From: Berkelbacteria bacterium GW2011_GWE1_39_12
Lineage (GTDB): Bacteria > Patescibacteriota > UBA1384 > UBA12157
Reading direction: 5' to 3'
DNA: 64,000 nucleotides
Assembly (NCBI GenBank): GCA_001029735.1
Contig: CP011213.1
Span: forward strand, 76,087-140,086
Of the stretch, positions 55,558 through 64,000 are shown in pieces. The translations under genes and the position numbers were made by a program. The notes under the pieces were generated by a model, which did no database searches, was not told the origin of the DNA, and saw only the letters and a program-made list of their open reading frames with translations. How positions within the stretch are numbered: the stretch's first letter is position 1; every line of letters starts with the position of its first letter.

Positions 55558-56412
55558 TTAATTTTGACATTGAGAACAGTAGTGGGTACCGCGACCGCCG
55601 ACAGTAATTCTGATTACTTTTCCGCCGCAATCATTCGCACATGGTTTTCCGGTTTGATGATAAACTTTCAAGTGGTCTTGCATCCCACCCTTTGTACCAT
55701 CCGCTCTGACATAATCTGAATCTGTCGTCCCGCCGTACTTTAATCCCATATTTAACACTTTACACATACTATCAATTAGTTTTTGCCACTCTGGCACGGA
55801 AATATCTTTGATTTTTCTTAGAGGGGAAATCCCTGCTTCAAACAATGCTTCATCCGTATAAATATTACCCATACCTGCGGCAATAGTTTGATCCATCAAA
55901 AATTGTTTGATATTTCGATTCGGAATTCTTTTGGCTTTTGATAAAAGATATTCAACCGTAAATTCTTTATCCAGCGGTTCAAAGCCATAATCTTTTTCGT
56001 AGATCGCCTCAATAGCCTGAGGCGATAGAACTTTACACCAGCCAAATTTTCGCATGTCGTTAAAATAAAGTTTGACGTTGTCGGATAATTCAAAAACAAT
56101 CCGTGTGTTTGAGTTTGGTAATTCAGCATGCCAATCATGTGATGGATGACCGCCGGCGAATCTTTCACTGTGATCGATGACAATTAATTGGCCAGTGAGT
56201 TTTAAATGAAATAATAAATTATTGTTATTTGACAATTTGATCTGTATGAGTTTGGCCCGGCGCTCAACGCCACTAATTGTCGATCCGACGACATCTTCAG
56301 TTTTCCCTTGAAAAGATTTGGCAGTATCAAAATCGACACTTATAATCTTTTTGCCAATAATACGATCAGTTAAACCCAGTCGTATTGTCTCTACTTCAGG
56401 AAGTTCGGGCAT
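55558..56412 (-). CDS. mutM: Formamidopyrimidine-DNA glycosylase (Fpg/Nei family).
   Basis: MPELPEVETIR N-terminus (catalytic Pro2, Glu3). C-terminal zinc finger CANDCGGKVIRITVGGRGTHYCSQC. Confidence 0.85.
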   Translation of the reverse strand: MPELPEVETIRLGLTDRIIGKKIISVDFDTAKSFQGKTEDVVGSTISGVERRAKLIQIKLSNNNNLLFHLKLTGQLIVIDHSERFAGGHPSHDWHAELPNSNTRIVFELSDNVKLYFNDMRKFGWCKVLSPQAIEAIYEKDYGFEPLDKEFTVEYLLSKAKRIPNRNIKQFLMDQTIAAGMGNIYTDEALFEAGISPLRKIKDISVPEWQKLIDSMCKVLNMGLKYGGTTDSDYVRADGTKGGMQDHLKVYHQTGKPCANDCGGKVIRITVGGRGTHYCSQCQN

Positions 56413-56465
56413 CTATACTCCTTATTGTTTCTCCGCCAGCTGGCGGATTCCGGTAGTTCTGGCAT

Positions 56466-56975
56466 TTATTCCTTCTTTCCTTGTTCAAACTCAATTAACT
56501 GGCTGTGACCAATATTTATTAATCCTATCTTTTCACCAGACACATGCGAGGCGACAATTTCTCCTAAAAATATTGTGTGGTCAGAAGTATCCATTTGATC
56601 AACTAATTTACATTCAAAGCAGGCTAAGGATTCGTCAATTATTGGAATCGATATGTTATCTGCACTTAACAATTTAAAGGCCGTTTTAGATAATTTATCT
56701 TCCTTCCATGCTGAATGAAAACCGCAGTACAAAGTATCTTTCTTTTGTTTACTGGATGGCAGACAAACTACAAATTCTTTCGTGTCTATTATTGATTGGT
56801 GAGTAAAATGTTTCTTGGCAACACCAATGGCCCAAGTTTCTGGATTCGACGAGCCAAGCATTGCCCAGCCAATTGGTGCCACATCAACTTTTCCATCTTT
56901 TGATTTTGTCACCACATTGACGACGATTTCCGGATGACGAAATTTCATCGCCTCATTTATATCTACTTTTTTCAT
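56466..56975 (-). CDS. Flavin reductase-like (FMN-binding split-barrel) domain protein.
   Basis: VVTKSKDGKVDVAPIGWAM...TIFLGEIV pattern typical of the flavin reductase domain. Confidence 0.55.
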   Translation of the reverse strand: MKKVDINEAMKFRHPEIVVNVVTKSKDGKVDVAPIGWAMLGSSNPETWAIGVAKKHFTHQSIIDTKEFVVCLPSSKQKKDTLYCGFHSAWKEDKLSKTAFKLLSADNISIPIIDESLACFECKLVDQMDTSDHTIFLGEIVASHVSGEKIGLINIGHSQLIEFEQGKKE

Positions 56976-57031
56976 TTTATGCTAAATAATTTCCATAATT
57001 TACTTTAGTAAATTTCCGCGAGATTATCTTT

Positions 57032-57970
57032 TTAGATAATCTCCATTATGGCTTTTGATAATTTATGCTTATCGTGATACAACGGATTTTTTTCGTTAAT
57101 AATATCTTTTTTAATAATTTTGAAACGACCAATTTTATTTTGATCGGTTGTAATGTTCGAAACCTTTCCTAACTCGCCCGTATCATGAGTCGAATGCACA
57201 ATATGATCGTTCACTAAGACTACATTAAACAACTTGGGATGACTATGTTTTATTAAACGATCGATGTGATCTGCCACTGTATAGCGTTCAGTTTCGCCCC
57301 GTTCGGTAGCAATGTTGCAAATGTATATTTTTTTAGCTCGAGATTTTACAACCGCATCGGTAATTTCTTTTAATAAAAAATTTGGAATAATTGAAGTCCA
57401 AAGACTCCCGGGCCCAATAATAATTGCGTCAGCATTTTTAATCGCCCACAAAACTTCCGGGTTGGCTTTAACATTACTTGGCTTTAAAGCCACTTTTTTA
57501 ATCGGGCTTTTATGTCCTTCTTTCACCAATAAACATTCGCCGGTAAATTCACGGCCATCTTCCAACTTTCCTTTAAGATCAACTTTATTAAAAGTCGAAG
57601 GTAATACTTCGCCCTTGATAGCTAAAATATGACTAGCCTGGTTTACCGCCTCGCGAAAAGATCCGGTAATATTTTCAAGTGCAATCAATAATAAATTCCC
57701 TAAGGCGTGATCATTAATGCCGCGGCCCTTATCAAAACGATAATTAAACATTTGTGTCATTAAAGATTCATCGTTTGCCAAAGCGGTTAAACACTTTCGA
57801 ACATCACCTGGTGGAATCGTATCAAAATCTTTTCTTAGCTTTCCTGACGATCTACCATCGTCGGTCATCGTTACAACGGCCGAAATAGAATCCGTGTATT
57901 CCTTAAGACCCGAAAGTAAATTCGAAAGTCCTGTCCCCCCGCCAATTACGACAATATGTTTTTGTTTCAT
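57032..57970 (-). CDS. YvcK/CofD-like (UPF0052) gluconeogenesis-factor family protein.
   Basis: HIVVIGGGTGLSNLLSGLK N-terminal motif. GPGSLWTSIIPN. Confidence 0.8.
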   Translation of the reverse strand: MKQKHIVVIGGGTGLSNLLSGLKEYTDSISAVVTMTDDGRSSGKLRKDFDTIPPGDVRKCLTALANDESLMTQMFNYRFDKGRGINDHALGNLLLIALENITGSFREAVNQASHILAIKGEVLPSTFNKVDLKGKLEDGREFTGECLLVKEGHKSPIKKVALKPSNVKANPEVLWAIKNADAIIIGPGSLWTSIIPNFLLKEITDAVVKSRAKKIYICNIATERGETERYTVADHIDRLIKHSHPKLFNVVLVNDHIVHSTHDTGELGKVSNITTDQNKIGRFKIIKKDIINEKNPLYHDKHKLSKAIMEII

Positions 57971-58067
57971 TATGAATCCTAATTAATTTAAACTCTGCTT
58001 AAATTATTCTACTTTTAAGGAGAAAAGTCAAAGTTTTTTATTAAAAAAGACGCAGTTAAGCGTCTTG

Positions 58068-58427
58068 CTATGAATCGAATTCGTCCTCTCGTCTTGCGGC
58101 TAGCCGAGCATCCCAGTCCTCGCGGAAGGACATCTTACGCGATTCCTCTGATTCTTCAAACTTGCAATCGACGTGGAGAGGAGAAAACGCCACTCTGGCA
58201 TTCTTTTCAAGATATGCTTTGATCTGTTCTTCGGTTACCCCAGCTTCTTGCATCTTACTGGGCGAGAAGCAGAAATACAGAGCGGAAGCTGCTGAGAAAC
58301 TTGCATAATCAGCGGTATGGAAGCAACCAGCCATATCAGTAGGCATCGCCTCGACGAGCTTTTCGATCTTATACGCGGTATCTTGTGATGCCTTTCCTGG
58401 ACCACTAGACTTTATAAATATATTCAT
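58068..58427 (-). CDS. GC-rich small hypothetical protein (119 aa).
   Basis: GGAGG RBS 7 nt before ATGAATATATTT. About 50% GC. No motif. Confidence 0.5.
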   Translation of the reverse strand: MNIFIKSSGPGKASQDTAYKIEKLVEAMPTDMAGCFHTADYASFSAASALYFCFSPSKMQEAGVTEEQIKAYLEKNARVAFSPLHVDCKFEESEESRKMSFREDWDARLAARREDEFDS

Positions 58428-58510
58428 TCCAGAACCTCCAGAAGAGTGATAACCTCATCTTACACCTAAAATAAAAAAAGTCAATCAAAAAACTAGCGTT
58501 TTTTTCAAAT

Positions 58511-58537
58511 AAAAAAGCCCGAGTAAAATCACGGGCT
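58511..58537 (-). terminator. Rho-independent terminator overlapping the stop of the upstream small gene.
   Basis: AGCCCG-N10-CGGGCT followed on the minus strand by T6. Confidence 0.6.
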
Positions 58538-58858
58538 GAAACGTTCGCAAACTTTATATGCTTGATTACAATTTGAACAAGGTTCACCATCAAACTTAGT
58601 AAAAAGGACAGTCAATGATTTTCCATCTGGACAATCCAGCCCTCCAGTAACCCAGGCTCTCAATAACTGCGCCCATGTCCACTGTTGAGATAATGCAAAC
58701 GCATATAGCTCGGAAATAAGGCTTTGCTTGTACGGACAAGACTTTGTAAGATCGACAGCAAATTCACCGTACCTCTCAGCTTCAGGGCTCCTTAGAATGT
58801 CATCTGAAAGAATATCATTTGAGTCTAAAGGAAGATCTTCTCGATATAATATATTCAT
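58529..58858 (-). CDS. GC-rich small Cys-containing hypothetical protein (about 109 aa).
   Basis: AGGAGG then 6 nt then ATGAATATATTA. The start region is paralogous to the neighbouring gene. C-terminal Cys-rich stretch CPDG...CSNCNQAYKVC. Confidence 0.5.
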   Translation of the reverse strand: MNILYREDLPLDSNDILSDDILRSPEAERYGEFAVDLTKSCPYKQSLISELYAFALSQQWTWAQLLRAWVTGGLDCPDGKSLTVLFTKFDGEPCSNCNQAYKVCERFSP

Positions 58859-58999
58859 TCTCATCCTCCTAGCCAGACAATATACCATAATCTTTCTAAC
58901 ACGTCAATATAAAAAAAGAAGCCTTGTAGGCAACTTTATCCTAAAGGCGGTACTAACGGACTTTTGTTTTTCACTGAGGTGAAAAACATTTGGCTTTAA

Positions 59000-59123
59000 A
59001 AACTTTATGTTGGCGCCTACCTACTTTCCCGGAACCTTTCGGATCAAGTATCATCGGTACTATGGTGCTTAACTACTCTGTTCGGAATGGGAAGAGGTGT
59101 ACCCACCACGTTAAAGCACCAAC
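59000..59123 (-). rRNA. rrf: 5S ribosomal RNA.
   Basis: The reverse complement reads TGTTGGTGCTTTAACGTGGTGGGTACACCTCTTCCCATTCCGAACAGAGTAGTTAAGCACCATAGTACCGATGATACTTGATCCGAAAGGTTCCGGGAAAGTAGGTAGGCGCCAACA, with helix I pairing and the CCGAAC loop C motif. Confidence 0.85.
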
Positions 59124-59184
59124 ATAAAATTTTTAAAAGCCAACTCTACTCTGCTCTCCGGCATAGCCGGAGTAAGCAAGCTTC

Positions 59185-59236
59185 CCGGAATGGGAAGAGG
59201 TGTACCCACCACGTTAAGACACCAACACTCAAGCCA
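59185..59236 (-). pseudogene. Truncated 5S rRNA 5'-half pseudo-copy in the 23S-5S spacer.
   Basis: GTGTTGGTGTCTTAACGTGGTGGGTACACCTCTTCCCATTCCGGGAAG is about 94% identical to the first 48 nt of the 5S, then diverges. Confidence 0.6.
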
Positions 59237-59355
59237 CAATGGCTTCTTAAAATTCTTCTAACGTATGTTTTTTGATTTGATTTTTAACTGTTTAGTGACC
59301 TTGGTAGTTGTCCAACCGTCCTCTTAGACGCGTAACAAGTTACGCATAAAAGAGG

Positions 59356-62330
<2,975 letters not shown>

Positions 62331-62483
62331 TGTTGGACAACAACCAAGGCACTAAACATGAATCAAAATCAAAACATACGTTGTTAAATTACAGCTTAAC
62401 TGGAAAGAATTACTGTTTCTAAGCTCTAAGTCTCAAACAAATTATTGTTTGCGATATTAGAATCTGGAAATTGATAAAGGTAC

Positions 62484-62506
62484 AAAAAACCGCCTTTTTG
62501 CGGCGG
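62484..62506 (-). terminator. Rho-independent terminator.
   Basis: CCGCC-tttttg-CGGCGG. On the minus strand it is followed by TTTTTTGT. Confidence 0.5.
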
Positions 62507-62655
62507 ACTAAACATTAAGCTAAACAAAATTCTAGCTTTTATTAGTCGCGCGGCCCCCTTTCAAAATTGTTGGAGGTTTTATACAGATCTTCTCCTTTAA
62601 ATCCTTTTTTAATATAGCAAATGGCGTATATTTTGTCAACACTTTAAGAAAATTA

Positions 62656-63348
62656 TTATTCATCAATTTTTTCTTGCCTTTGTAAAAAACGGCGCCGAGC
62701 GCGGACCAAAGGGTCAGCAAACAGGTTAATTCTTAAATCTGAAGGAATAAAATCTAATGTAAAATCACGACCCTCGATTAGAATTCTTTTTTTATGCTTT
62801 GATAACTCTGTTATTTCTTTTTTTACAAATTCGATAACCATATGCTGAGTTTTTGTACTTACATCAGGGATATGCTTTTCTAGCTCTAAATTATACAGGC
62901 AAAATTCCTTCAAAATATCTAACTCTTTAATGCATAATCGATTATTTCCGTCGATCAAAGAATAGTTCATCTTCCTTAAAACCATCTGCGGCTTTTTATT
63001 TTCAACAATTTCCGAATATGTCAGGAATCTAAAAATATCTCCCATGGAGATATGAAATGCATTTAAATTTGTCTTAAGCGCTTCGAATGTTGAACTTTTC
63101 CCGGCGCCACATTGACCAACCATGGAAATAATCCGGTGCTCGTCTTTCAGATTGTCACATATTATCTTGATAACATTTTCTATGCTATCTACTTCACCGG
63201 TATTGATTTTAATGACTTTCTTGGGCTTGTGCATCTTAAAACCGAGATCAATAAGTTTAGGACGGTTTTTCATATCGACTATCAAATCAGAAGAGTCTCT
63301 CTCCAAAATTGCCAGCATGATTTCATCGATTTTACAGTTTTTGGCCAT
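62656..63348 (-). CDS. P-loop NTPase (small-molecule/nucleoside kinase-like).
   Basis: Walker A GQCGAGKSS near residue 90. 230 aa. The family was not resolved. Confidence 0.5.
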   Translation of the reverse strand: MAKNCKIDEIMLAILERDSSDLIVDMKNRPKLIDLGFKMHKPKKVIKINTGEVDSIENVIKIICDNLKDEHRIISMVGQCGAGKSSTFEALKTNLNAFHISMGDIFRFLTYSEIVENKKPQMVLRKMNYSLIDGNNRLCIKELDILKEFCLYNLELEKHIPDVSTKTQHMVIEFVKKEITELSKHKKRILIEGRDFTLDFIPSDLRINLFADPLVRARRRFLQRQEKIDE

Positions 63349-63501
63349 TTTTTCTAGATTACCAAACGATGATTAATTGGTCAATTATCGATACAAAAAA
63401 AACGGGATTTCTGATCTATAAAGATGAGATTTCCCGTTTTTTTGTATTCGATTCTAAAAACTATAATTTTTCCGAAGAAAAATTTCCGCGCACCTTTAGT
63501 G

Positions 63502-63999
63502 CTACTTCAACTGCTTGCGAACATGCTCAAGCCAATCTCTGGCTACACCCTGACCACCAAGACCAAAAGCTAATCCACCAGCGATCGCGATTAACGCGAC
63601 AACGCCGATAAATAAGGTTTGAATCATGGTTTCGGCAATGCCGAGTTGTGCTAAAGCGGCCAAAACTGCAAAAACTATAATTGCATATCGAACACCAATA
63701 GCAACTGTATCATCAGCACCTAATCCGGAAGCCGAAAGGCTGCCCTTAACAACTGATGAAAGAAAATTGGCTAAAATTAAACCGATAAGCAAAATTGCGC
63801 CGGCAGCGATAACTGAAGGAATATATGCCAAAATCTTGTCTAAGAATCCCGCTACTTCAGTTAACTGCAAAACATTAGCGGCAGCGATGAAAGCGACCAA
63901 AAAAACGATCCACTTAACAGCTGAGGCCAATAATGAAGTTGCATCTTGTTCGGCGTTTGCTTTTTTCAAAACGTCTTCAACTTTTGCTTTTTCGAACAA
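63502..63999 (-). CDS. Polytopic membrane protein, probably N-terminally truncated by the window edge.
   Basis: ORF open to the last base of the window (apparent TTG at the edge). 4-5 TM helices rich in Ala/Gly/Leu. Confidence 0.5.
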   Translation of the reverse strand: MFEKAKVEDVLKKANAEQDATSLLASAVKWIVFLVAFIAAANVLQLTEVAGFLDKILAYIPSVIAAGAILLIGLILANFLSSVVKGSLSASGLGADDTVAIGVRYAIIVFAVLAALAQLGIAETMIQTLFIGVVALIAIAGGLAFGLGGQGVARDWLEHVRKQLK

Positions 64000-64000
64000 T

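Noticed and set aside
58930-58990. Rho-independent terminator after the 5S rRNA
   Set aside because: A 9-bp hairpin (GTTTTTCAC/GTGAAAAAC) exists, but it is not followed by a U-run on the transcribed strand. It is more likely a processing stem.
62532-62720. 62-aa ORF overlapping the P-loop kinase C-terminus and the terminator
   Set aside because: It overlaps a better-supported gene and a terminator hairpin. There is no RBS.

Overview
This is a low-GC (~35-38%) bacterial chromosome segment. The gene set points to a Patescibacteria/CPR-like organism: it has small Mur ligases, TruD, an alpha2-type GlyRS, a four-helix-bundle protein, a giant acidic protein and several SD-less genes. The lineage call is an inference.

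Most of the window sits on the minus strand. The central feature is a division/cell-wall (dcw) cluster reading mraZ-rsmH-ftsL-ftsI-orf104-murF-GIANT(1822 aa)-mraY-pgeF-murD-ftsW-murG-murC-murB-ftsQ, followed by recJ, radA and yacL. No murE, ftsA or ftsZ lies in the cluster.

Other identifiable content:
- A tRNA/ribosomal-protein island: tRNA-Tyr, tRNA-Thr, rpmG, tRNA-Trp, plus a second tRNA-Thr.
- A 23S-5S rRNA unit with no adjacent 16S.
- Housekeeping genes: argS, glyS, truD, holB, a PSP1/YaaT protein, rpmB, murI, recO, mutM, a PBP1A, the N-terminus of a PilB-like protein, and others.

Six observations stand out:
1. The intact tRNA-Trp is followed by two tandem tRNA-Trp-derived pseudo-copies. 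Stable hairpins replace the anticodon, the T-loop, or both.
2. Several discrete GC-rich (~48-52%) patches sit in the low-GC background. They hold orphan genes, a NfeD-flotillin operon, and a gene next to an IS200-type tnpA. Two patches lie beside tRNA or tRNA-fragment sequences.
3. A 30-bp hairpin element ending in a perfect DnaA-box sequence (TGTGGATAA) recurs three times around the mraZ promoter and the IS200-like element.
4. A CGCGGAA(A)TTTT motif sits immediately 5' of the start codons of rsmH, ftsL (as a 3x tandem repeat), mraY and pgeF, with no Shine-Dalgarno.
5. An 1822-aa acidic cytoplasmic protein with no recognisable domain is wedged between murF and mraY.
6. A truncated 5S fragment lies in the 23S-5S spacer.

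No CRISPR array, recognisable defence system, tmRNA, RNase P RNA or SRP RNA was found.
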